This document shows positions 24,607 through 32,963 of a DNA stretch of 64,000 nt, piece after piece. This DNA is from a virus: IMG/VR virus record IMGVR_UViG_3300027733_000034, positions 1 to 64,000 of that record, one strand, 5' to 3'. Positions within the stretch are counted from its first letter, which is position 1. Every line of letters starts with the position of its first letter. The position numbers and the translations under genes are program-made. The notes beneath the pieces were generated by a model. That model saw only the letters and a program-made list of their open reading frames with translations, did not search any database and was not told the DNA's origin.

Positions 24607-24677
24607 TAGGCCTGGGTGGAGTCGAACCACCACTACCTCTTTCAAAGAGAGGTGCACTGCCATTATGCAACAGGCCT
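24607..24677 (-). tRNA. trnQ: tRNA-Gln(TTG), no encoded CCA
   Basis: CCTCT-CT-TTG-AA-AGAGG; AGGCCTG/CAGGCCT acceptor. Confidence 0.88.
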
Positions 24678-24701
24678 GTGTTGCCATTATACCAATGGAC
24701 T
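24678..24701 (-). pseudogene. tRNA-Gln-like 5' fragment fused to the intact tRNA-Gln
   Basis: AGTCCAT TG GTATAATGGCAACAC directly abutting position 1 of tRNA-Gln. Confidence 0.5.
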
Positions 24702-24711
24702 ATAAAAAAAG

Positions 24712-24783
24712 TGGACCCGGTTGGATTCGAACCAACAACCCGGGTGTTATGAGCACCACGCTCTGCCCTTGAGCTACAGGTCC
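24712..24783 (-). tRNA. tRNA-CAT (Ile2/lysidine type or elongator Met), incomplete CCA
   Basis: GGACCTG/CGGGTCC acceptor, CT-CAT-AA loop. Confidence 0.88.
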
Positions 24784-24817
24784 ATTACTTACAAATTAAA
24801 ATATCAAAGATCAAAGA

Positions 24818-24894
24818 TGGTACTCCTAGCTGGATTCGAACCAGCACTACACAAATTTTAAGTTTGTTGACTCTGCCCGTTGGTCTATAGGAGC
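24818..24894 (-). tRNA. trnL: tRNA-Leu(TAA) with short variable loop
   Basis: ACAAA-CT-TAA-AA-TTTGT, 5-nt variable loop, A73, CCA. Confidence 0.92.
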
Positions 24895-24909
24895 GCTTTA
24901 AAAATTTAC

Positions 24910-25176
24910 TTACAATTCAAATACAGAATTACTATCTTCTGATTCATTGCAAAATTCTACAAACCGTTTAAAGTCTTCTACGGCATCCAGGACACATTCA
25001 AACTGGTCCCAATAACCAACACCGTCCTGGTGTTCGGCTTCGCAGATATATTCCGCCAAAAGGTCCTCTAGAGGTTCTCTCCAAGAAACTACGGATTGAG
25101 CTGCATCGATGAAGGAGTGCTTCAAAGGATGGCTGAGGGTGTGCATGTCGTGATGGTTTGGATTGATGTTCTTCAT
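24910..25176 (-). CDS. hypothetical acidic protein
   Basis: start moved to MKNINP, 7 nt after TTGAAC-N17-TATTAT. Confidence 0.65.
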   Translation of the reverse strand: MKNINPNHHDMHTLSHPLKHSFIDAAQSVVSWREPLEDLLAEYICEAEHQDGVGYWDQFECVLDAVEDFKRFVEFCNESEDSNSVFEL

Positions 25177-25220
25177 TGTGTTAATAATACAGTTTTTTAC
25201 TAGGAAGTTCAAGAGATTTC

Positions 25221-25457
25221 TTAGAGATTTTCAATTTCAGCCAACAATTCTTCGTCGGACTTTTTGCGATAGACTACATTGCCTTCTTCATTCAATTCCT
25301 TAGCAATGAAGCCTTCTGCTACCATATGTTCTAGATTGACCTGGACTCGCCATTGGATATAAGACTGATACTCTGCTTCAGAGAGGTTTTCAATTTCCTC
25401 ATCTGTAATACTGGCGTGACTACGATCTTTCCATTTGCTTAACGTGTTCTTAATCAT
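25221..25457 (-). CDS. hypothetical acidic protein
   Basis: start moved to MIKNTL, 6 nt after TTGAAG-N17-GATTAT. Confidence 0.65.
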   Translation of the reverse strand: MIKNTLSKWKDRSHASITDEEIENLSEAEYQSYIQWRVQVNLEHMVAEGFIAKELNEEGNVVYRKKSDEELLAEIENL

Positions 25458-25502
25458 GTTAATATAATCTTTGTTTTTAGTAGGAACTTCAAGAAAAAAT
25501 TT

Positions 25503-25603
25503 GTCTTCAGGTTGGATTCGAACCAACGGCGAGCGCTTTATCCCGGCATTTTGGCCCTTAACCATGAGGGAGCACTAGATCTACCAGCTGAGTTACTGAA
25601 GAC
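25503..25603 (-). ncRNA. tRNA-like RNA with a branched, expanded anticodon domain
   Basis: GTCTTCAG/CTGAAGAC acceptor, AGCTGGTA D-loop, GTTGG-TTCGAAT-CCAAC T arm; 33-nt insert within AGTGCT/AGCGCT; no CCA. Confidence 0.6.
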
Positions 25604-25615
25604 AAAAGTATAAAA

Positions 25616-25738
25616 TTATTTTTTAGGGGTTACTTCCTTAGGAGATTGGGATTCTTTTTTAGACCAATCAATATCATTCCAATTTTCATTGTACTTGGTT
25701 TTATTAACTGGTCGAGGTTTACTTCCTTTGCCAGCCAT
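25616..25738 (-). CDS. 40-aa conserved phage peptide (not in the ORF track)
   Basis: MAGKGSKPRPVNKTKYNENWNDIDW, a recurrent small phage ORF pattern. Confidence 0.55.
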   Translation of the reverse strand: MAGKGSKPRPVNKTKYNENWNDIDWSKKESQSPKEVTPKK

Positions 25739-25740
25739 AA

Positions 25741-25953
25741 TTAGACAATTTCAGAATTTAACCGAGAGACTTCTGTAAGGATAGCTCCTTCTAGCTCTGT
25801 AACTTCACCAATAACTTGTTGGCTACTCTCTGGATGATAATTAAAGACCCCGTAGGTATCTCTTACAATTTCACCAAGCACAGATCCGTTACGATTATCA
25901 TAGACATCAAAACGATTGGCATTTTTTACTTGGACGTGGATTAGTTTATTCAT
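25741..25953 (-). CDS. hypothetical protein
   Basis: 70-aa ORF. Confidence 0.6.
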   Translation of the reverse strand: MNKLIHVQVKNANRFDVYDNRNGSVLGEIVRDTYGVFNYHPESSQQVIGEVTELEGAILTEVSRLNSEIV

Positions 25954-26072
25954 ATTAACAATTAATTAGACGAATGATTAGGTTATGTATATATTTTAGG
26001 ATACTGACTTTTTTTGGTTCTGGGAGAATTGAAGAATAGATCGGTCGACCGTTGTCAAAACTGATGATGTAT

Positions 26073-26396
26073 TTAGAGGTGGTTTCCATGCTTAATAATA
26101 TCTAGATATCCGGATTTACGCAAGGCTTTATAGAAAGCTTTTTTATTATTTTGCTTCTTAATAAAACGAGCGGTGTCCGGACATTGATGGATTCCAATAG
26201 CCAAACAGGGACCTTCCTCAATAAGACCTCCCGGAACGTGTAATACACAAGTAGTAAAACCTCCGAAGGGAGACATTTTCTTAGATTGATCCATGCGCAT
26301 TTGGCCAAATGGAGGTTTAACATACCGCCGAACATGGCGAAAGGAAATTTGCCAGCCTTGTTTCTTTAATTTATTGTAGTCTAATGTACTGCTCAT
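26073..26396 (-). CDS. basic hypothetical protein
   Basis: 107 aa; GGFTTC...C...RF.K motif; leaderless promoter. Confidence 0.7.
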   Translation of the reverse strand: MSSTLDYNKLKKQGWQISFRHVRRYVKPPFGQMRMDQSKKMSPFGGFTTCVLHVPGGLIEEGPCLAIGIHQCPDTARFIKKQNNKKAFYKALRKSGYLDIIKHGNHL

Positions 26397-26435
26397 GTTT
26401 TAATAATGGATTAAATTAATGGGAACATCCAGAAA

Positions 26436-27056
26436 TTATGGATGGTGTAGGTTGTTAACATCTTTAGTGTCCATGATGGCTTCTACTTCCGCAAAACTTA
26501 GAGGCTTGCCATGGACATCCCAACCGCAATCTAGGATCTTATGAGTCTTGTTTTCTGGTCGAGAGATAGGCAGAGTGCCGTGAGAATGTCCGCAGAGGTG
26601 CATACCACCATCAGACATACCATCCCAGCTGTGAATGGGAAAATGAAAACAAACAAAAGTCTTTCTACCTTTTCTAAAGGTAAAATAATGATGCAAATAA
26701 CGCACCATAGTTCCTCGAATAGAACCAGCTATTTGATGAACAGAACCTCCATAGGATTTCTGAATAGGGTTGTTATGATTACCCCACAACATCCAAACAG
26801 CTTTAACCTTCAGCTGGAACATAATACTTTGATACTGTTCTAAAGAAGTATTAAGACAAAAGTCTCCTAGATGTAGAAGAATACCATTTTCTCCAACAGT
26901 TTCATTAATGATACGAATCATATCTTGATTCATCTCTTCTGGATTTTGATAACCTCTCTTTCCATAGAGAAATTCTTTATTATGCCCGAAGTGGGTATCT
27001 GAAGTAACATACAAATTATTGTATTCTTCTTCTGGCATTTTGTAAATTACTTGCAT
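26436..27056 (-). CDS. calcineurin-like metallophosphoesterase
   Basis: SDTHFGH, LGDF, GNHN, HFP, GHSH motifs. Confidence 0.9.
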   Translation of the reverse strand: MQVIYKMPEEEYNNLYVTSDTHFGHNKEFLYGKRGYQNPEEMNQDMIRIINETVGENGILLHLGDFCLNTSLEQYQSIMFQLKVKAVWMLWGNHNNPIQKSYGGSVHQIAGSIRGTMVRYLHHYFTFRKGRKTFVCFHFPIHSWDGMSDGGMHLCGHSHGTLPISRPENKTHKILDCGWDVHGKPLSFAEVEAIMDTKDVNNLHHP

Positions 27057-27068
27057 AAATAGTATTGT

Positions 27069-27338
27069 ATGAAATTTGATGCTCTAGTCAACACTCTTTT
27101 AGAAAAACATAACCAACCTTGTACAAAGGTGACTGGTCAACAACAGTCCTCGCGTAAAGACAAGAAATATATGAGATGTGCTAGAGTCAATGGTAAACTT
27201 AAACGGGTTCATTATGGGGATCCTAATATGAGAATTAAAAAGTCAAATCCAAAGAGAAGAAAGAGTTTCCGGGCAAGACATGGTTGTGCAGATGCTAAAC
27301 CCGGAACTCCAAAATATTTTTCTTGCAAGAATTGGTGA
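27069..27338 (+). CDS. small basic conserved T4-like phage protein
   Basis: VHYGDPNMRIKKSNPKRRKSFRARHGC...YFSCKNW; ATAAATA box upstream. Confidence 0.75.
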   Translation: MKFDALVNTLLEKHNQPCTKVTGQQQSSRKDKKYMRCARVNGKLKRVHYGDPNMRIKKSNPKRRKSFRARHGCADAKPGTPKYFSCKNW

Positions 27339-28422
27339 TATAAGTCTTCCACAGCTTGTGCGGATCTAATTCTTTTCCATCCAGGATGGAAAAACCAATC
27401 CAACTATAATCAGGAAACAACTCCAATATTTTTTGAGCTTTTCCTTTACGGTCTAAAGATATAAAATCTGGATTAATTAAATATACATTTATCTGCATTA
27501 TCTTATATGTAATCAATCTAATCTTATCATATAGCTCATCCATTAGAGGTTTCAAAGCAGTTACTAACTCCCAATCAAAATTGTCAGCTAGTTTCTTTTC
27601 AAAATCTTCTCTAACTGGTTGGCCATATTCCACAAACAGATCAAACAAATGATCGACAGTCTTGACTCCTGTAAATACTCGATGCAAGTACAAATATCGA
27701 GGAGTCTTGACTTTCTTTAAAATTTGTCCGTTGTTGGCATAGATAACAACTCCTTCTATAGAGGTTTCATCCTTAAGATACTCGGCTACATTTTGTAAAT
27801 TTAAAGTGTATCTTTCTGGACGTAACACGCCAAAAAATCTTGCTTGCTGATCTAAAGCATCTTGAGGAAGATAATAATACGGATCATGCTTACCCATAAA
27901 TGAATAAGAGTCGTGTCCTACAATACCAATAAGCCACAAAGTAGGTTCTTCAGATTCCCGAAGAACAATGCGATTAGTAGGAGTAGTCCATTCAAATAAA
28001 AGTGAAAACTTTTCAGAGTCTAACCAAAAATTATTAAAGGCATCAGGATACTTGGTTTTCAGCAATTCTATTTCATGTCCGTTTTCTAACTGAGATGCAT
28101 CTATAGTCCCACGGGTACGAACAATAAGCTCACCATTATGTCGAGACACAATTAAGAGACTTCCATCAAGTTTGCGGATAAATTCTAGGTCCGTATGGTC
28201 GTCTATAGGTTCAAATTCTGGTTGTTCTCCTAGATTTACAAACTTTTTAAAACCAGCAGACACGAGCTTTCTATCAGACTTACGCCAGATAGAAGAACGA
28301 AAGATTTTGTTTTCGTCTGTCCAAGTTACCCCCATGTCTTTAGGGGTAACCAAGATGCATTCATCTCCAGCTACTATACAATCTTTGATGTTAAAATTGG
28401 TTACATCAATTGGCTGAAACAT
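27295..28422 (-). CDS. ATP-dependent RNA ligase, T4 Rnl1-like
   Basis: GFKKFVNLGE, motif I KLDGSL, FE, motif IV EGVVI, motif V KKVK. Confidence 0.85.
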   Translation of the reverse strand: MFQPIDVTNFNIKDCIVAGDECILVTPKDMGVTWTDENKIFRSSIWRKSDRKLVSAGFKKFVNLGEQPEFEPIDDHTDLEFIRKLDGSLLIVSRHNGELIVRTRGTIDASQLENGHEIELLKTKYPDAFNNFWLDSEKFSLLFEWTTPTNRIVLRESEEPTLWLIGIVGHDSYSFMGKHDPYYYLPQDALDQQARFFGVLRPERYTLNLQNVAEYLKDETSIEGVVIYANNGQILKKVKTPRYLYLHRVFTGVKTVDHLFDLFVEYGQPVREDFEKKLADNFDWELVTALKPLMDELYDKIRLITYKIMQINVYLINPDFISLDRKGKAQKILELFPDYSWIGFSILDGKELDPHKLWKTYITNSCKKNILEFRV

Positions 28423-28714
28423 ATTCTAAATTATAAACTGAATTAAGAGTCTTGAAACCGGTATCAGTAACTTCTGTTACTACTGAAGAAGTAAAGATTC
28501 CTCCCATTTTTACTCCACAACGGACTTCTCTGTCTACCACAACTGGTTTACCTACCTCTGGTTCAGATATAAGATACCCTTCTAACCAGTAGTCTACTGG
28601 AATAGATACATTTCCATTACATTTACCCGCTTCGTAATTTTCAAAGTTGGGGGTAGGAAATTCTGGATTATCACAAACTGCTAGTTTGGTAATTTTTACA
28701 TACTTTCTTTTCAT
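28406..28714 (-). CDS. hypothetical protein
   Basis: PEVG...FTSSVV..V...FKTLNSVY; leaderless promoter. Confidence 0.7.
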   Translation of the reverse strand: MKRKYVKITKLAVCDNPEFPTPNFENYEAGKCNGNVSIPVDYWLEGYLISEPEVGKPVVVDREVRCGVKMGGIFTSSVVTEVTDTGFKTLNSVYNLEYVSAN

Positions 28715-28745
28715 GCTATCATAATAGCATTTGAAGAGGAGGAAA

Positions 28746-29105
28746 TCAACCTTCTATAATAGATAGTTTAGGTTTTTTGTGGACTCTTTTTTTACGGACT
28801 GGTTTCCTTTGAGCTGCTTTTTTAATAGCTTGAAATTGTTCCCATTGCCACCAAGACAACCAGAAAAATGTAAGAGACATACCTACATTCAATACTATCT
28901 CAGTTCTATTAGGAGTTGAAAGTGTTAGAACATTTAACAAGGCTCCACAAATAGTTACTGTTAATCCAAATTTAGCCAACCAAGCCTTTATCTTATTATC
29001 CCATATAGAGTTATCTGGATCTCCAAAAATATGTATTAATAAACCCAAGGCAGAAATTGCTATGGTACAATTAGATAAAATATTAATAAATGTATATGGG
29101 TTCAT
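28746..29105 (-). CDS. membrane protein (3 TM, basic C-tail), holin-associated
   Basis: three hydrophobic helices and a Lys/Arg-rich tail. Confidence 0.65.
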   Translation of the reverse strand: MNPYTFINILSNCTIAISALGLLIHIFGDPDNSIWDNKIKAWLAKFGLTVTICGALLNVLTLSTPNRTEIVLNVGMSLTFFWLSWWQWEQFQAIKKAAQRKPVRKKRVHKKPKLSIIEG

Positions 29106-29109
29106 GGAA

Positions 29110-29454
29110 TTATTTATGTTTCCTAATTCTTCTAATAGGAGTTGTTGGAGGTACTGGAACTACTTCATCTGGTAATATTTTATGACTAAAATATTCAATT
29201 CCTTTCAATCCTAAAAACCCTAATAAAAAAGCAATACCATAATGATAATGACTATCATCTAACTTAGTAATATTAATGATTATCGGAGTAATATAATTGG
29301 CACTAGCAGCTCCTCCTACTAAACTAGAGATGGTTCTAGTTAAATTCATAGCAGATCCCTTAGAAGTCAACAAAATAGCTCCAAAAAGGCCACTAACCAG
29401 TAAACCTATGTCTATCCCATATTTTTTAAAATCTATTTCAGAGGGTTCCATCAA
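29110..29454 (-). CDS. putative holin (3 TM)
   Basis: GLFGA..GGAASANYITP..IAFLLGFLG, basic C-terminus; TAAGTA late box. Confidence 0.6.
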   Translation of the reverse strand: MMEPSEIDFKKYGIDIGLLVSGLFGAILLTSKGSAMNLTRTISSLVGGAASANYITPIIINITKLDDSHYHYGIAFLLGFLGLKGIEYFSHKILPDEVVPVPPTTPIRRIRKHK

Positions 29455-29475
29455 TATACTTAGGAGAAAATTTGG

Positions 29476-29880
29476 CTATGAAAGATAAGTTGCCCATCTA
29501 TTTTTCATCACTTCAATAGTTTTTTCCGGAACATTATGAATGCTTCCGTAATTTCCATTCATCTGTCTAATATCTATTGGAACATTCAGCTTACTAGCCA
29601 AATCTGCATATGGTCTGAATTCTCTCTTGGTAGAAAATGTATTTGATACAATAACATTAAACTCTTGCTTCAAAGCTACTTCTGTCATAAACAGACACCA
29701 CTCATGAGCGTGTTTGAGAAGAGATGCATTGAATTTATATTCTCCGGTTATAGAATGCACAAAGAACATATCTGCTTCAAACCAACGAAAATTTTCTGGG
29801 TCTGTATTGAGGAGTCTTTGAGCTTCTGTAGATTTTCCAGAACCAGGTAATCCACGGATGATATAAAGAGTATTTTTCAT
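29476..29880 (-). CDS. P-loop kinase, polynucleotide-kinase-like (AAA_33)
   Basis: RGLPGSGKST, EADMFF, VSNTF, H.VP. Confidence 0.85.
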   Translation of the reverse strand: MKNTLYIIRGLPGSGKSTEAQRLLNTDPENFRWFEADMFFVHSITGEYKFNASLLKHAHEWCLFMTEVALKQEFNVIVSNTFSTKREFRPYADLASKLNVPIDIRQMNGNYGSIHNVPEKTIEVMKNRWATYLS

Positions 29881-29881
29881 T

Positions 29882-30913
29882 TTAATCTTTGAAATTTTGA
29901 TTAATAATTTTTACACTAAGCATTTTCTGTAATTTCTTACTATACATCAATTCATTATTTTGATTATAACCACGGAAGACAATGCCTTCTGCTGGTTTAT
30001 CATTAGGATACTTGATAGTATTGACCCAATTTTGCAATTCATCTATAGTTGAGAGGTTGAAATGTTTAAATAATTTAACAACTGGAACTCCTGGAATATT
30101 TGAATCAACTCCTAGACCATCGACCCAATTCAAAGGAAGAACTGGCTTCCGAGAAGGTACTTCAAACATGTTAAAGAGATATAAACTAACCTCTGGATAA
30201 CCAGCTGGATTACCTTGAATACCAGGTCCAGCAATTTCTCCTTGAATACAAAATCCAGGTTTAAGATTTTCTTGGATATTATATTTTCGAGCCATTTTCC
30301 AGTATACATTTTCGGTAGTATCTTTAAGCTCTAGATTACGAGAACAAACTCGAAAAGTACCATCCAATTCTTTAATATAAGTTGCAGAGGTTCCATCTAT
30401 TTTAAGAGTAGCTTCTACCCATTCAGCTTCTCCCAATTCATCTAATGCTTCTATGTTAGATTTAAGATTGTCTTCATCCGTTTTAGAAACCAAATGAGTG
30501 GGAAAGTCTCCTTTAACTTGTCCGGCTAGTTGAACTGGAATTGGTTTTTCATATTTGGTAATACCAAGCATACTAGCCAGAGAAACATCTTCAGAAGAAT
30601 CATCCATATGATCCCAGACTTCTTGAGCACTAACCAAAGTCTTAGGAAAGATGAGACCTTGAGAAATAGCTCCGCGAAGCTTGGCGGTCTTAACTCGGAT
30701 AGGTTTAGAAGGATCATTCTTATCCCAAAGAAATTTATTCCATTCTCTAGGAGTGAGGACGGTATCAATAGGAACAAAAATAATTTGATCACCTATTTTA
30801 TATTCATCTTTCTTGATAACACTTTGCCAACCCAGAACTCTAGCCAGTTCAATTTTATCGGCTCCTTCTATAGGAAGAATTTCTGAGATAATTTCTAGAG
30901 ATGCTAATTTCAT
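29882..30913 (-). CDS. RNA ligase, DRB0094/Rnl5 family
   Basis: N-terminal OB (LAS..I..PIEGADKIELA.V.GW), KIDGTS, CSRN, QGEIAGPGIQGN, EGIV, VKIIN. Confidence 0.9.
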   Translation of the reverse strand: MKLASLEIISEILPIEGADKIELARVLGWQSVIKKDEYKIGDQIIFVPIDTVLTPREWNKFLWDKNDPSKPIRVKTAKLRGAISQGLIFPKTLVSAQEVWDHMDDSSEDVSLASMLGITKYEKPIPVQLAGQVKGDFPTHLVSKTDEDNLKSNIEALDELGEAEWVEATLKIDGTSATYIKELDGTFRVCSRNLELKDTTENVYWKMARKYNIQENLKPGFCIQGEIAGPGIQGNPAGYPEVSLYLFNMFEVPSRKPVLPLNWVDGLGVDSNIPGVPVVKLFKHFNLSTIDELQNWVNTIKYPNDKPAEGIVFRGYNQNNELMYSKKLQKMLSVKIINQNFKD

Positions 30914-30919
30914 GTAATC

Positions 30920-30948
30920 ATATTATCTCGAGATTATCCGGAATACAA
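30920..30948 (-). promoter_or_regulatory. sigma70-like promoter, leaderless
   Basis: TTGTAT-N17-TAATAT-N6-ATG(30913). Confidence 0.65.
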
Positions 30949-30949
30949 C

Positions 30950-30982
30950 AAAAAACCCTCTGGATTTTGCCAGAGGGTTTTT
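30950..30982. terminator. intrinsic terminator
   Basis: A6-CCCTCTGG-attttg-CCAGAGGG-T5. Confidence 0.8.
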
Positions 30983-31006
30983 ATTCACTGCTTCTATAGG
31001 TTGAAA

Positions 31007-31369
31007 TTAAAATCCAGGAGCTTCTTCAGGAAACTCCTCTGGAGGCATGTCTTCTGTAGTTTCTTCTGAACCAGAAGACATGCGAGATTGGAGATTTCCA
31101 ACAGCGGTTTGCACAGCTTGCATTGCATTCATTAAACCTTGGAAATCTTCTCCTTCATGTCCTTGTTCAAAAGTTCCTAACAAAGGTTGAATGGTTTCTA
31201 AATGAGCTGCGGTAGCATTGAGGTCTTCTGTAATAGCTTTGATTAAAGTTTTTTCAATAGCTAAAGACTTTGCATTTTCTCCGGCTTGCTGGCTTTCTGT
31301 TCCGGCTGCTCTGGATTCAAATACTAATCCATAAGCTTTTTCTAAATTGATTGTATCAAGCGTGCGCAT
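31007..31369 (-). CDS. acidic helical protein with DxxxLExAY leader
   Basis: MRTLDTINLEKAYGLVFES; GATAAATA box upstream. Confidence 0.75.
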   Translation of the reverse strand: MRTLDTINLEKAYGLVFESRAAGTESQQAGENAKSLAIEKTLIKAITEDLNATAAHLETIQPLLGTFEQGHEGEDFQGLMNAMQAVQTAVGNLQSRMSSGSEETTEDMPPEEFPEEAPGF

Positions 31370-31511
31370 ATATGTTATATTTATCCATGTCTACTACTAA
31401 ACTGTATTAAACCTATAAGAACACTCAATTGTAATATTTCTAAAAAAAAGAACCAAAATAAAATAAGTTGAGGAATACCACAGTCTTCTGAATTAGGTTT
31501 TTCTGACATAT

Positions 31512-31823
31512 TTATTTTTTTTCTAAAGTTTCATTGTATTTTTTTAGGATTTCTTCATGATATTCTTCCGGAAAATTACTTAAAGCAATTTGAATAATTT
31601 TGCCACAAAATTCATTATAGGCCTTTTCTTTGTCTCTTTCTTTCTCTACATAATCTGGACATTGGTCTTGAGGAATCATTCCTTTTATTAAATCCAAAAC
31701 TGTATTTTGTTTTTGAGTAGAGGTATGTTGAGTTTGATCCACCTTTTGACGTGGGGTCTCTGCTTTGGAAAGTTGTTCTTTTAACAAATCTTCCATATTT
31801 GCTTTAAGGGCTTCGAAATCCAT
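31512..31823 (-). CDS. hypothetical protein
   Basis: 103 aa; TATAAT 6 nt upstream of ATG. Confidence 0.65.
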   Translation of the reverse strand: MDFEALKANMEDLLKEQLSKAETPRQKVDQTQHTSTQKQNTVLDLIKGMIPQDQCPDYVEKERDKEKAYNEFCGKIIQIALSNFPEEYHEEILKKYNETLEKK

Positions 31824-31905
31824 AAAAAAATTATAAAGGGTTAAATTAATTATTCAAGGAATTTTTTAATAGTGATTTTTTTTAATTTTCCAGGAGAATT
31901 TAAAT

Positions 31906-32088
31906 ATGATTGGAATTTTATATATCATTGCTTGTAATTTGTTATCTATAAGTGCGGTGTTTTGTGCAACCTATTTAGAAGACAACGGAAAAAATGGATT
32001 TTGGCCATTAATTATTTTAGCATTTCTCTCTTCTAGGTTACCTTACATGCCTATACATATAATTAAAGAAACAAAATCTGATGAATAA
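31906..32088 (+). CDS. small membrane protein
   Basis: two hydrophobic segments. Confidence 0.5.
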   Translation: MIGILYIIACNLLSISAVFCATYLEDNGKNGFWPLIILAFLSSRLPYMPIHIIKETKSDE

Positions 32089-32257
32089 ATTTAACTTAAT
32101 TATTAATACTATATCCACTATTTTGCAAACAGTTTTAATTGTGTTGAAACTAACTGGATATATTAATTGGTCTTGGGGTTGGGTATTGTTTCCTTTTTGG
32201 ATGCCAATTATTTTTATAATGATTTTTGGTATTTTTTTAAAATTATTTCTTAAATAA
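32081..32257 (+). CDS. small membrane protein, LKLxGxIxWSWxWV motif (not in the ORF track)
   Basis: ...VLKLTGYINWSWGWVLFPFW..., a widespread phage membrane peptide. Confidence 0.6.
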   Translation: MNKFNLIINTISTILQTVLIVLKLTGYINWSWGWVLFPFWMPIIFIMIFGIFLKLFLK

Positions 32258-32684
32258 CTTTATCATTTTTAAAAGATCTGACTAGTATAAATTTTTTAAG
32301 ATTTTCAGAAAACTCTAAGACATAAGTCTTAGAGTTTTTTCTTTCTACTATTGCGCCGGCTAATATACCCCCCTTAGCCAAAATAAATCCGAAACCAGCA
32401 TCCTCTACATTATTTATTTGACCGTAAATTTTAAAAATTCCTTCTCCTTCTTCCAGTTCTGTGATTTTTCCAGTATAATAAAATCCGTCTGGTCTATAAA
32501 TTTTTATAAGATCGCCGATAGTACATTTAATAATTTGAGAAGGTAAAACGATTCCATTAGTATCTGATAGATAATGTTCTACATCTAAACGAGGACCATA
32601 ATTAGGAGAAGGAGAGTTTTGAGGAGTAGAATTGTCTGAAATAATACTACTCAACATAAGGATTGTTATTGCTATAATTTTCAT
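32250..32684 (-). CDS. secreted hypothetical protein
   Basis: signal-peptide-like N-terminus. Confidence 0.65.
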   Translation of the reverse strand: MKIIAITILMLSSIISDNSTPQNSPSPNYGPRLDVEHYLSDTNGIVLPSQIIKCTIGDLIKIYRPDGFYYTGKITELEEGEGIFKIYGQINNVEDAGFGFILAKGGILAGAIVERKNSKTYVLEFSENLKKFILVRSFKNDKVI

Positions 32685-32887
32685 TTGTTTTTCTTCTTAT
32701 TGACTATTGGTGCACAAACCCATTCTCGGTTTAAGAATGAGATGGAAAATCTTTCTGTTTTGGATTCAAATCCCTCATCTTTTAAATACTGTTTAAGAAT
32801 TTTAACATGGGAACTATATTCGGGAGAAGAGTAGTAGTCGTGATCAAAAACACCCTTTTCATCAACTGGATCTATCCTAAAGCTCAT
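32681..32887 (-). CDS. hypothetical protein
   Basis: start moved to MSFRIDP; the longer start lies inside the terminator. Confidence 0.55.
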   Translation of the reverse strand: MSFRIDPVDEKGVFDHDYYSSPEYSSHVKILKQYLKDEGFESKTERFSISFLNREWVCAPIVNKKKNK

Positions 32888-32909
32888 AAGAATAATTATA
32901 TGTAAAAAC

Positions 32910-32937
32910 AAAAAAGCCCTCGTTGTGAGGGCTTTTT
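32910..32937. terminator. intrinsic terminator after hsp20
   Basis: A6-GCCCTC-gttgt-GAGGGC-T5. Confidence 0.8.
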
Positions 32938-32963
32938 AAAGTCTCTGGTGCTCAAGAAGTTGT

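Noticed and set aside
24818-24894. Short variable loop of tRNA-Leu as a novelty
   Set aside because: Short-arm tRNA-Leu genes are recurrent in phages.
19564-25603. tmRNA, RNase P RNA or rRNA in the array
   Set aside because: No GGGG..C/tag-reading-frame architecture, RNase P conserved motifs or rRNA sequence recognised.
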